Source: Curvularia clavata (taxonomy: Eukaryota). Taken from it: a stretch of 64,000 bases of DNA. The notes below the pieces were generated by a model that was not told the DNA's origin, made no database searches, and saw only the letters and a list, made by a program, of their open reading frames with translations. Below are positions 23,830-35,691 of the stretch, piece by piece. Where the stretch lies: NCBI GenBank assembly GCA_023920165.1, contig CP089278.1, forward strand, positions 2,418,001 to 2,482,000. Direction: 5' to 3'. Position numbers and translations under genes: made by a program. The number at the start of each line of letters is the position of its first letter. The stretch's first letter is position 1.

Positions 23830-26468
23830 ATGGGCGGCACGACCCAGCAACGGGACTTCCATCACCCTTACAAGCCCTATGATATCCAAAATGAGTTCAT
23901 GAGCGCTGTGTACGAATGTCTAGAAAATGGCCAAGTCGGCATCTTTGAATCGCCGACCGGGACAGGCAAATCACTGAGCCTGATCTGCGGCTCCTTGAAA
24001 TGGCTAAGAGACCACAAACGAAGGACTTTCGAGGAAGGATTCGCCAGAGATTCGGGGAACAGCGAGGAGCCGTCGTGGATCGTTGAGCATGCACGGAAAC
24101 AGCGCAGGCAAGAAGCACTTTACCGCAAACAAGAGTTGAACGAACGCATTGCAAAAATTAAAGCGAAGGAGAAACGTGCAAAAGAGCGCTATGAGAGCGG
24201 CGAGCAGAGCTACAAGAGACAGAAGGTTGCATCAAGCGAAACGAGCAATGGAGACGAAGCGCAATTCGCCCTTGATGACTACGAAAGCGATGAAGAGTCT
24301 CGCAAGCGGACAAGAGCTGGTGTCTTTGATGAATCTGGACTATCGGCAGAAACGCAGGCCTTGATGGCATCACTAGGCTACGCTGATGGTGCTCCAAAGG
24401 ACGATGATGGGGAAATTCCCGATGAGACGAAGATTTTTTTCTGCTCCCGGACGCACTCTCAGCTGACACAGTTCTCGAGTGAGTTGGGACGGGTCAAGAT
24501 GCCCCCTGCTATCACTCCGGATAACGATACCGACGGCAGTGACATCGATCTACTCGTGGAAGATGTCAAGCATCTCACTCTCGGATCAAGGAAGAATCTC
24601 TGTATCAACGAGAAAGTAAACAAGCTTGGAAGCGCCACTGCCATCAACGAGCGATGCCTAGAGCTGCAACAAAACAGCAGTACTGAGAGCCGATGTCCTC
24701 ATATGCCGAGCAAGGAACATCAACCTCTGATCAACGACTTTCGTGATCATGCGCTAGCAAAGATCAGAGACATTGAGGATCTGGGGTCGCTGGGCAAGAA
24801 GATGGGTGTATGCCCTTATTATGCTTCAAGGCCAGCGACGAAGTACTGCGAGGTGAGCTTAAACTCTCGGTGTCTCAACATACAAGTTTCATATACTTAC
24901 AAGCCTAGATTGTGACGTTGCCGTACCCGCTACTCTTACAACGCACGGCTCGTGAGGCGCTTGGCCTGTCACTCAAGGACCACGTAGTCATAATTGACGA
25001 AGCACATAACTTGATGGACGCCATTGCAGGTATCTACTCCGTTTCTGTGACACTCGGTCAAGTTCAACAAGCGCGTGCCCAACTTACGGCTTACCTACAA
25101 CGATTCCGCAACAAGCTCAAGGGTAAGAACCGAGTCTACGTTGCCCAAACGGTCAGGATACTAGACTCTATCCTTGCATATCTGCAGGGCATTGAAGCTG
25201 AACCAAAAGCGACCGATGGTCTGGTCGACATGGTGTCTATCATGTCTGGAAAAGGCGTCGATCAGATCAATGTCTATAAGCTGAACACGTACCTCCAAGA
25301 AAGCAGACTCGCTCGGAAGGTGGATGGATATACCGCTTACACCGAGCAAACAGAAAACGAATCAAAAAAGCCAATAGCCAAAAAGGGGTCCCGTCACAAC
25401 ATCCCCGTTTTGATGCATGTACAGGCCTTCCTTCTCTCTTTGATGAACCCATCTGCCGAAGGCCGATTTTTCTACGCAAAAGAGGATGGCGTAACGACAT
25501 TGCGGTACATGCTTCTTGATCCGACGTTTCATTTTAAAGATATCGTTGAAGAGGCGAGAGCCGTGGTATTGGCAGGTGGTACAATGTCCCCAATGAGCGA
25601 CTACGAGCAGCACCTGCTGTCGTATCTCGAGCCCTCTAAAATCACGACCCTGTCCTGCGGACATGTCATACCACCTTCAAATCTTCTTGCTGTACCCGTT
25701 GTTCGATCTTCAAGCGGAGCTGAGTTCGACTTTACGTTCGAAAACCGCAACAAAGAGAAGACAATGATTGATCTTGGGGTTGCTATTGCGGCATTTACAC
25801 GAGACATACCCGATGGTGTCGTGGTGTTTTTCCCCAGTTACTCATATCTAGACACGTGTATCGCGGCGTGGAAGCGATTGAGGCCATTGAACTCCAATAA
25901 ACCCTTTTGGGACGACTTCAATCACAACAAGCCAATCTTTCTGGAACAGCGCAGCCAACAACAGGCTCCAGACACATCTTCTGCAACCAAGGAAGCAGCT
26001 GTTGACTCAGTCCTCAATGCTTACAGTATGGCCATCGCATCCGGCAATGGCCGCGGTGCACTGCTCTTCGCTGTTATTGGCGGGACATTATCTGAAGGTA
26101 TCAACTTCAGCGATGCGCTCGGTCGCGGTGTAGTTGTTGTAGGCCTTCCATTCCCTAATGCACACTCAGCGGAGTGGAAAGCAAAGATGCAATACATCGC
26201 GGCCAAGGAGGCAAACAATGGTGGTGATGGCAAGGCAGCAGCACGCGAGTTCTACGAGAATGCATGCATGCGCTCTGTGAATCAGTGTGTGGGACGGGCT
26301 ATCAGGCACAAAGGTGATTACGCAGCGATCTTGATGCTGGATAGACGGTACGGAAGCAAGCGAATTCAGGACAAGCTTCCAAAGTGGATTAGGGGGAGTC
26401 TGACGGCTGGACTGGGCGTGAAGGATGTACAGGGGAAACTGAGTGGGTTCTTTGCGGATAAGAGCTGA
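23830..26468 (+). CDS. CHL1: ATP-dependent Fe-S DNA helicase Chl1/DDX11; one intron (about 24853-24908)
   Basis: FHHPYKPYDIQ, FESPTGTGKSLSLIC, SRTHSQL, LGSRKNLCIN, CPYYASR, IIDEAHNL, GGTMSP, FFPSY, SEGINFSD, VNQCVGRAIRH. Confidence 0.95.
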
Positions 26469-26867
26469 GCATTAGACGCTGTTTCAATAGAGCAGCATCA
26501 AAGAAGAACCATTGGCATGCTAGTTGTATAGTCATGTTCTTGGCTTTGAGCACTCATGAATGGTGGTGGGGGCTATTCGGCGCCAGAATCGGTCTAGCTC
26601 GACGCGAGCACCGTCTCACTTTCTTGAACGCGTGTCTTCAACCACATACATGGCACACCTCTCATCTTTCTAGATCTTGCTAGTTGCGCCGTTCTTGTAA
26701 TGCCCACATTCACCCTTTGCGTGCACGTATCCACTATGCGATGAAATTCTTAGACATTCAGTTTGGAAATCATCTCAATTGCTGCAGGCAACAGGCACCG
26801 GATAGAAGAGGAGGATAGCAGCGAGACACAGGAATAGCGGTGAAGAAGACAGAACCATCCTCTCAAA

Positions 26868-28679
26868 ATGGCATCTTCATGGCGCCAAGGTGGTGAGGAT
26901 AGGGGTGCATATACGACCGTCGCACAAACCGAGGATGCGAGCGCAAAGTTGACTGTTCATGGTAAAATCGCAGATGAAGACTTAGAAGGCGCAAGCTTCG
27001 AGCCACCTGTGCACATCGGATCTGTTCCAACACCAGAAGATGATCTGCTTCTACGACGAGTTGCTGACACTCTTCCTCGCGGTGCCTTCTTGGTAGCTAT
27101 CGTGGAACTATGTGAGCGCTTCGCCTACTACGGCTTGTCCGGGCCATTCCAAAACTACATTGCCAACGGATATAATGACGCCAACGGCCTTCCTGGTGCT
27201 CTTGGCCTGAAGCAGTCAGGAGCTACTGCGATGACCAACTTCTTCCAGTTCTGGTGCTATCTAACGCCCTTGTTCGGGGCCATCGTCGCAGATCAGTATC
27301 TGGGCAAGTACGCTACAATCAAATGGTTCAGTCTAGTCTACATGGCTGGAATGACCGTACTTTTTGTAACGAGTTTGCCGTGGGCCGTCCGGAGCGGAGC
27401 GGCTTTCCCTGGGCTTGTTGTTGCCATGCTAGTCATTGGACTCGGTACTGGCGGTATCAAAAGTAACGTGTCGCCGTTGATTGCTGAGCAGGTTCGGTCC
27501 AACAAACCCTTCGTCAAGACTCTGCCCGACGGAAAAAAGGTCATCATTGATCCAGAGATCACTGTGCAGAGAATATACATGGTCTTTTACATGTGCATCA
27601 ATGTTGGCTCAATATCTGCCATTGCAACTACAATGCTAGAGTTACATGTCGGCTTCTGGAGCGCATATCTCCTGCCATTGGTTATGTTTTGCATTGGATT
27701 TGTTGTTCTAGTAAAAGGGAAGAAGCAATACATCATCAAACCACCTCAAGGGGGTGTTATTGGCGATTGCTTCCGGGCTCTGTATATCGCCGCAAGGAAT
27801 GGTGGCGATCTTAACAAAGCAAAGGCATCAGCTCAAGGACACGGAAGACTTAAATCGAGAGTAACCTGGAACGACAAGTTTGTTGAAGAGTTGAAGACAG
27901 CGCTGGTAGCGTGTAGGGTTTTCTTGTTCTTTCCCATCTACTGGGTCACTTTCTCGCAGATGATGAACAACTTCATATCGCAAGCCGGACAAATGGAGTT
28001 ACACGGTCTTCCAAACGACATTCTTCCCAATATCGATCCCATTACGATAATCGTACTCATCCCACTTATGGATCGCTTCATCTACCCATTTATCCGCACT
28101 CGTTTGCACCTCGCCTTCCAACCGATAACACGCATCGCGCTTGGCTTTGGGATAGCTGCACTGGCTATGCTGTATGCTGGCGTCCTCCAAACATATATCT
28201 ATGCCGCACCGCCGTGCTATTATAGCCCTTCGAGTTGTGCTGCAGGTGAAATCGCAAAGGGAAAGTTCAAACCAAACCAGATCCACGTTGCATGGCAAGC
28301 GCCGGCATATGTGCTTGTTGCTCTGAGCGAAATCCTCGCTAGTATCACGGGATTAGAGCTGGCATACGCAAAAGCACCGGAGAACATGAAGAGCTTCATT
28401 ATGAGTTTGTTTCTGCTCACTAGTGCTGGTGGCAGTGCATTAGGCATCCTGATCGCACCCCTAGCGAGGGATCCTCATCAACACTGGCTGTACTTTGGTC
28501 TGGCAAGTGCTGCTGCGATTACTGGTATCACTTTCTACCGAATGTTCAAGAATATCGACGACAGCTCCACGAAGGCAGTTCAAGGTGCTGAAGAATATGA
28601 AATGGCTGGGAGATCGAGTATAGAAGATGAGTACGACAGCGACGATGTAGGCATAACAGACGGTTCTACACGAGCCTGA
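26868..28679 (+). CDS. PTR2: POT/PTR family di/tripeptide transporter (PTR2-like)
   Basis: Has the ELCERFAYYG (ExxERFxYY) motif, GLGTGGIKSNVSPL, FYMCINVGS and AYAKAPENMKS, with about 12 hydrophobic segments. Confidence 0.93.
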   Translation: MASSWRQGGEDRGAYTTVAQTEDASAKLTVHGKIADEDLEGASFEPPVHIGSVPTPEDDLLLRRVADTLPRGAFLVAIVELCERFAYYGLSGPFQNYIANGYNDANGLPGALGLKQSGATAMTNFFQFWCYLTPLFGAIVADQYLGKYATIKWFSLVYMAGMTVLFVTSLPWAVRSGAAFPGLVVAMLVIGLGTGGIKSNVSPLIAEQVRSNKPFVKTLPDGKKVIIDPEITVQRIYMVFYMCINVGSISAIATTMLELHVGFWSAYLLPLVMFCIGFVVLVKGKKQYIIKPPQGGVIGDCFRALYIAARNGGDLNKAKASAQGHGRLKSRVTWNDKFVEELKTALVACRVFLFFPIYWVTFSQMMNNFISQAGQMELHGLPNDILPNIDPITIIVLIPLMDRFIYPFIRTRLHLAFQPITRIALGFGIAALAMLYAGVLQTYIYAAPPCYYSPSSCAAGEIAKGKFKPNQIHVAWQAPAYVLVALSEILASITGLELAYAKAPENMKSFIMSLFLLTSAGGSALGILIAPLARDPHQHWLYFGLASAAAITGITFYRMFKNIDDSSTKAVQGAEEYEMAGRSSIEDEYDSDDVGITDGSTRA

Positions 28680-30553
28680 AATACGCCTGCTATCTCTATT
28701 CTAATGAAAAAGGCCACCGATACCTTTGAAAACGACCAGATTTCATGAAATTTTATTTCGGTTTCCTTTAACATTCACTTCCGCAATTGATCACTCGAGC
28801 GACCCAGGCACAAAGTGCAGACTACAGGATTCTATGCACAAGGCGATCCGACTAAGACTTACTGTGCCCGACAACACCCAATGACAATGAATTCGGCTCC
28901 AATCTTACCCGTTTTACTGATCTCAACATCATCTCATCTGCTGGCGGGATCAGAAGCAGATGTCACTCTAAAGCCAGCACTAGACATCAAACACCGACCA
29001 TTGACTCTCGGCATGTCACATGGAAACTGTTCAATGGACGGTTGTGTGCATGGTTTTGGGGACCCGGTAAGCTTATGGCTTGTCCTTGGCACCATGCGCA
29101 TCAACGGAGACCCGATGGCCGACTACTGTAGGTAATCATGTCGCTACTCATACAGCTGTGTTAGGTGCAGGGCCTGAATCAATTCCCCACTTTCTGAAAT
29201 GCACTTCGTTGCTTACAATGACCTAAACAGACAAAGCTTAGCATAGCTTGTTTCTTCGCAGGGCTGAAGCATCCTGGGCAATTAAATTGGCCGGTGTAGC
29301 ATACAGCGCCACAAGCTCTGACCATCAAGTGCCATGAGGCAGGGTAGGACTCCCTGCGCAGAGCCCCAAGAACCGTTACATTCGCCCAAAAGACTCCCGG
29401 CAGCAGGCAGCCGCTTGAATTGCGATCGTCCCTGTTTTGACATTTGATGCTTTGATAGCTTCTGCTCAGCGGTGTCTAACATGAATTTGTGTCTCCCAAG
29501 GAAATGAGGGCTGGAACTTGGACCCAAGCAGGGATTTTGAGTAATGAAATGACTTTTTCTGCACCAACGACGACTCAATTCATTGTAACTCTGGCCTGGT
29601 TCCCACTAGAAGCGATTGAGACAGTTCGCTATTGGCCGCCTCCTTCTAAATTGCTGGAAGGCGAATGTACTCTGAGCAGCTACATGCAGAGTTGTTGTTC
29701 TTGCAAATTGCACGCCAAGCTATTCGTTCAGGCACGATTGTGGTGACTGAGAGCTTTGTATGCGCCGACTGTTTCATCGCAGCTGCTGATTGCGCTGAAA
29801 CCTTGGTTAGGGCATGCATCGATAAAAGGGACCAGCGCATCTACAACGATTGAGCCTTCATGCATCCTGGCGTGTGCCGAGCGGCCCGACCGGGAAATGT
29901 CTGGAAACATGGTACAGGTCTGCTACCCGTATTGCTCGCCCCTTTGTGATATGTCAAAGTGCGCCGCTCGGACAACAAATTCTGCGACTGTTTTACTAAA
30001 ATACTCACTCAAGGTCGTATTCCATGGCACATTAAGGTAGCCTTGCGACCTAAAGTTTAAGCCAGTACCTCGATGACGGCATCGAGGACATCGACGACAT
30101 CAGGTCCGCGACTCTCGCCACCACAATATTTTTAGCTCGTCTTTGTATTCTCGAAAAGTTATGCGTGGCTGTGTTTTCGGGGAATAGCGACTCAGGACCC
30201 TGTCCCGGTGCAGGCGGTAGGTGATCGATGCATCGAGCTTGTCTTCAACGAGGAATAGTGCCCGCTGTGGGCGGAGCACATAAAAATAAGCATATCGCAC
30301 AGACCCTTCGGCGGCGTCATAGTATCGTTGCTTTTCGTATTTGCTGATGCTAGCATCTCACTTCCGAGCCGAATTGGCTCGGAAAGCGGTGCATCGCACC
30401 ACCGTGCTGAGGACCGCTTCCTCATTGCTAGCCAAGTGTCAGAACTAGCGGGTTGACATGAGATGTTTAAAGCAGGCAGACCCCCCGGCTTACTGGTTGG
30501 AGTATCAACTCAGCGTTTCGGCCTATAATCTTTAATCGGTCTTTACAGTCACA

Positions 30554-32302
30554 ATGGTTGCAACGCGCACATGGAAGGCGTTGGTTGCCGCAGCTTTCCT
30601 GGCAAACTCGGCCAACGCCGATACATGTGTTGATGGTGAATGGGATGTCATCGTTGTTGGTAAGACCACGAACTTGCATTGCAATGTCCGGTAACGTAAC
30701 TGACGGTGCTTAGGGTCGGGACCAGCCGGTATCGTCACAGCAGACCGCATGAGTGAAGCAGGAAAGAGGACCATTCTCCTGGAACAAGGAGGCCCATCTT
30801 ACTATGTCACTGGTGGACGTATGCGACCGGACTGGCTGAATGGCACAGAACTTAGTCGTGTCGACGTTCCAGGTCTGTACAAGACCATCTTCTCGCAACC
30901 TGGGGAGGGCTTGGTATGCCCGTCCAATGTTGTCAATGCCTTCCAGGGTTGCACCGTTGGTGGTAACACTGCAATCAATGCCGGTCTCTTCTTTCAGCCA
31001 CCTGCTAGCGACTGGGATCGGTATTTCCCCGAGGGCTGGAAGAACAAGGACATGCAGAGCGCCATCCAGAAGGTGAGGGCGACCCAGCCAAGCACGAGCA
31101 ATCCTTCTATGGACGGAAAGAGGTATCTGCAAAGTGGTTACGAGGCTGCCAGGGAATGGCTTGTCGATGGTGCAGGATATGCCGACGTCGGTCTCAACGA
31201 TGGTCCAGAGAATCACTCTAAAACCAAGGTGTTTGGCCATCCTATCTGGAACTACGAGGGAGGTCAGAGGAGCGGACCGGTAAAGACATACCTCCAGCGA
31301 GCGCTTAAGCGATCGAACTTTGCTTTCCGAACTGGGGCCAAGGTCTTGCGGGTGCATCGTGACGGCGATGTTGCTACCGGTGTCGACGTCGAGTTTAATG
31401 GTGCGAACGAGACACGCAACGTCTGCCTCAAGAAAGGCGGTGTTGTCATCTCCTCGGCTGGTGCGCTCCTGAGCCCTCAACTTCTCATGTGGTCCGGCAT
31501 TGGTAATGCCACTATTCTCGAGGCCCTTGCAAAGAATGGCCATGTTACTGTGCCATCCCAGGATTGGATAAACAACACTGCAGTCGGAGATAGGGTGTTC
31601 GACAACCCGAACACCTTCATCGAGCTCCATGACGACTCCATCACATCGTTCGTCTACGACTACTCCAACCCGCCGGCCGACGTGGCTCAGCAGTATCTGA
31701 AGGAACGTTCTGGCCCATACACCTTTGCTTCGCAAACAAGTGCCTTCTGGGACTACATCCAACAAGGCGATGATGTTGTGGGTTGTCAAGGCACAATCGA
31801 CTCTTCTGGAGCGATGGACTACACGGGCAATGGCACTATCACACTCAACGTCTACGGTACCTCTGGTCTTCGCTCTTTCGGTCGGGTCGACCTCGACGCC
31901 AAGGGCATTGCACTCCCATCCTCTAACTTTTACGCTGACCCACGCGACGTCTCTGCGATCGCCACATTTGTTCACAAAATCTTCCAAGCCCTGCCCTCGA
32001 CTCTCACGCCGCTCAACATTGCAAAGAACTCAACTCAGCAGGAGATTGAAACCTGGTTGAAGACCCCAAGCCAGTACACGCTCGGTAACGTGCAGCACTG
32101 GAGTAGCAGCTGCCGAATGGAGGAATGTGTCGATACGGACGCCAAGGTAATTGGCATGCAGAACCTGTTTGTTGTGGATGCCAGTATCGTCCCGCCATTG
32201 ACGACGAACCCCGTCATGGGCGTCATGATTGCGGCGGAGAGGGCGGTGGAGAAGATTCTTCCATTCATGAAGCAGAGTTCAACCTTGGAAATTAATCTGT
32301 GA
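30554..32302 (+). CDS. Secreted GMC oxidoreductase, cellobiose dehydrogenase-like flavin domain only (AA3_1-like); intron 30660-30713
   Basis: The signal peptide MVATRTWKALVAAAFLANSANA is followed directly by WDVIVVGSGPAG (FAD binding), LLEQGGPS, LSRVDVPGL, GCTVGGNTAINAGL, GGQRSGPV, the catalytic HW and NP. Confidence 0.88.
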
Positions 32303-32586
32303 TTCTAGAGAGACCATTTCACTACTTAGAAGTTATAATGAAACAATAGATTTACGCCTTGCATATCGTCGGCTGTAACCTTTGTCAGCTGCTTACATTC
32401 GTTACGCCCCGCGTACGTATTAACCCCACTCCGCGTGTGTGGATATGGTTAAGTCCGACGACTTGAGCCGTGTTGCGTCAGTTATCTCCGGTGGGGATGT
32501 TAAATGCTTGAAGTCTCTTGTACTTTTTCCCCCGGGTCCATCAGATCTTTTAGCATTGAAACAGAGGGGTTTAGAAAAACATCAAC

Positions 32587-33530
32587 ATGTCAGGCAACAG
32601 AGCATCACAGACAAGCGATGGTAAGTGGATGTGGAGCATTCTTACAAGATGACGGGCTAACCCGCATTAGGACTTTTCACTACCGAGCGTAACGACACTT
32701 ATCCTTACATCGACTCAAAAAAAGTCAATCTCAAGGGCAAAAATGTATTTATTACAGGCGCGTCCAAGGGACTTGGAAAAGCGACCGCGATAAGTTTTGC
32801 CCAAGCCGGTGCTTCTGGCATCGCCCTCGGCGCGCGTTCATCTCTTGAGCCCGTGGTCCAGGAAGTTCTGCAAGCAGCAAAGAACGCAGGTCATCCAGAA
32901 CCGCGAATTTCAACTGTTAGCCTGGATGTAACCAACCGGGAGAGCGTTGACGCCGCAGCCAAGAAAGTATCCCAAGATCTCGACGGGCGCATCGACATTC
33001 TCATCAACAACGCCGGCTACTTTGCTGAACTCAAAGCTATCCAAGACATAGATCCAGACAAATGGTGGCGCAACTACGAAGTAAACGTCAAAGGTCCTTT
33101 CCTCGTTTTCCGCGCTTTCCACCCATTGCTCTTGAAATCCTCGCTCAAGATCTTAATCAACGTCGTGTCTGTCGGCGCAATCATGACGCTTCCATTGAGT
33201 TCGGCATACGGACCTTCGAAGCTGGCTACACTCCGCATTACAGAGCAAATCAACCAAGATAACGGAGAAGGCAAGGAAGGTATCCTTGCTATAGCTGTGC
33301 ATCCTGGAGGTGTCATGACAGAGATGGGAAAGCTTTTACCGGAGGAGTTGCATGTGCTCCTCCCCGACACCCCGCAACTGTCAGGTGATACACTAGCATG
33401 GTTGGGTGCGGAGAGGAGAGAGTGGCTAGGTGGAAGGTATGTGAGCGCTAACTGGGATATGGAGGAGTTGAGTGGGAAGAAGGAGGAGATTGTGAAGAGG
33501 GATTTGCTGAAGATGCGGTTGGCTGTTTGA
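32587..33530 (+). CDS. Classical short-chain dehydrogenase/reductase; intron 32621-32670
   Basis: NDTYPYID...VFITGASKGLG, ILINNAG, S...YGPSK catalytic motif, HPGGV.T, WLGGRYVSANWD. Confidence 0.9.
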
Positions 33531-33929
33531 TCAGCAGGTGGAATGAGATTCAGGCTCAACGCTGTATTTTGAGTGTTTGCCATCACTTTCAACAAAGTAT
33601 ATATCTGCGTGCGTTTTGATACCCAAGACCATATTCAGGGGGCTTCTTCTGCTATGACCCAGTTATCATCAAGGTATTTAAACAAGGCCCACCAGTCCCT
33701 CTCCAAAGAAAGCTCGCATCGGCTGCCGCATCGGCATCACAGCATGATGCCGATGCTCGCTTACCTAGTAGCGCATCGACCTATCACGACCTCATCGAGT
33801 TCCGTACCCACCGGTCTGATTAGTGAACAACCTTGCCATGATGTAGGCGTAAATCTGCATCGGCCGACGCTTCTCTCCGCTTGACCTCCAGCCACACGCC
33901 GTGCACTCGACGAAAAGAGAAGCGAAAAT

Positions 33930-35526
33930 ATGAGTGTAGTCGCAGGTTTAATTCCCGTTACGCAGAAGGCATCGAATGTATGCGCCTACTGCCGAGTCAG
34001 GAAACAGAGATGCGATCGCACTCTGCCCCGATGTCAAAGATGTGCCATGTAGGGCCTGTTCCGTTGTACGGAAAGAAGCAATGGGAGCTAAGGATGATTA
34101 CAGGAAAGGAAGGCACTGTGACTACACGCCGTTCAAGGAGCCTATCCGCCAGGAAGACGATGACCCCAGACCACTGGTGCAGCATTATGATACTTGCTTC
34201 CATGCAGATATTACCTCGCGTGGGGCTAGCGAGCTGCTTCAAGCGACTGCAGCATGTGTGAGCTCTGGCGGCGCGCCCACAGAAGCATCTAAACTCTCCG
34301 AAGTCGTATACGATATGTTGGACCTAGGCGATGTAGATCTACCATGGGCATTAGCCGAGTTTGGGCCCTGTATACAGCAGTGGTGTCCCGTATTCCCAAC
34401 TACCTATCTCACGGGTGGCATAGACGATTTAGCGCAGCAAGGTCCGCGGAGAGACAAGTTGCGGCAGCCTTTGCTGCTTTTGTGTCTCTGGCTCGTCACT
34501 CGACGGACCTGTATGCAGGAGGACCATACAACGCAATGCCAACTCTACCGCACGCTCAAACAGATCCTAGCGCTGCTACAGCCAGAAGAGCACATTGGAC
34601 TCGAAACGCTGCAGATATCCATGCTGTTAGCCGTCTACGAAGTCGGTCACGGCATGTCCAAGCAAGCCTTCCAGACCCTCTCCGCCAGCGTCTCCATGCT
34701 CAAGCTGCTGGACCTCTCCAACCCCAACCCCACTCTCAAACACAACCTCTCCTGGCTCAAATCCAGCATCCTCATGCTCGACAACACCCTCTCCATCACC
34801 GCCCTTTCCCTCGGGTTCCCCCTGACCATCCTCCCCAGTGACCCCCTCAGTCTCTCCCTCGCCTCCACCCTCGCCCCCACCATTCCCCCTCCCCCACCCA
34901 CCACCGACGCCACCAGCCCGCGAAAAGTGCACATACGCTCTGCCGTCGCCATAGCCACCAGCCACGTCCTATCCTACCTGCACACACTAACCCACAACCT
35001 CCCCCTGTCAGCCTCTTACGCAGACGTAGACTCAAAAATAAACACGTGCATCAACCTCCTCATCGACAAGCCCCAGCCACACTCCTGGCTCCACTGCGAC
35101 GCCATTGCCCTCGCCTTTTGCGCTCACATTTTGCTCCAAGCAACGCAGACTAGGTACTTGCATTCGGCTGTGGCGACACACGTTTTGCCGTCCGCTGAGC
35201 ATCTGAAAGCGCATCTGGCCCTGAGTGTCTCGCGCAGAATGGCGTGGGATATGGTGCGTGTGGGTATGCAGAGGATAGGGTCCGAGGAGGAGATTGCGGA
35301 ATTGCCTTTTGCGGGGCTGTGCTGTGTGGTTAGGGCGGGACTGGCGGTTTTGGAAACGGATAAGTGGGTGGAGGAGAGAGATGGGGAGGGGAGGGGTGTG
35401 GCGACTTCGGAGGAGGTGAGGGTTTTCCGGAGGTTGGTAGAGTGGTTCGGAAAGAGGTGGGGAGTTGGAAAGGGGTACTTGGCGAGGGTGGATGAGGTGT
35501 TGGAGAGGAGGGGGCTGCGTGTGTGA
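33930..35526 (+). CDS. Zn(II)2Cys6 fungal transcription factor; intron 34049-34103
   Basis: Exon 1 is in a different frame from the ORF track. Joined to exon 2 it gives CAYCRVRKQRCDRTLPRCQRCAMKGRHCDY. The middle region contains LQISMLLAVYEVGHG. Confidence 0.88.
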
Positions 35527-35691
35527 GATGGGAGGGAATGTGTTTACTGGTGTTCGCGATACTGTAAGTGATAAGTTGATAGTGTACAGGATAAAAGCTG
35601 GTAAAACTGAACTTCTCAAAATCTTGCTGATAGATGCACATTTGACTTCATCCCATATATCTCCACCACATCAACACTGGGTATATCCTAC

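Noticed and set aside
29665..30300. Short protein-like ORFs between the PTR transporter and the CDH-like gene
   Set aside because: No recognisable family, splice structure or codon pattern, so I cannot support a gene or pseudogene.
30710..31987. 425-aa minus-strand ORF antisense to the CDH-like gene
   Set aside because: It coincides with exon 2 of a codon-biased gene and has no motifs of its own.
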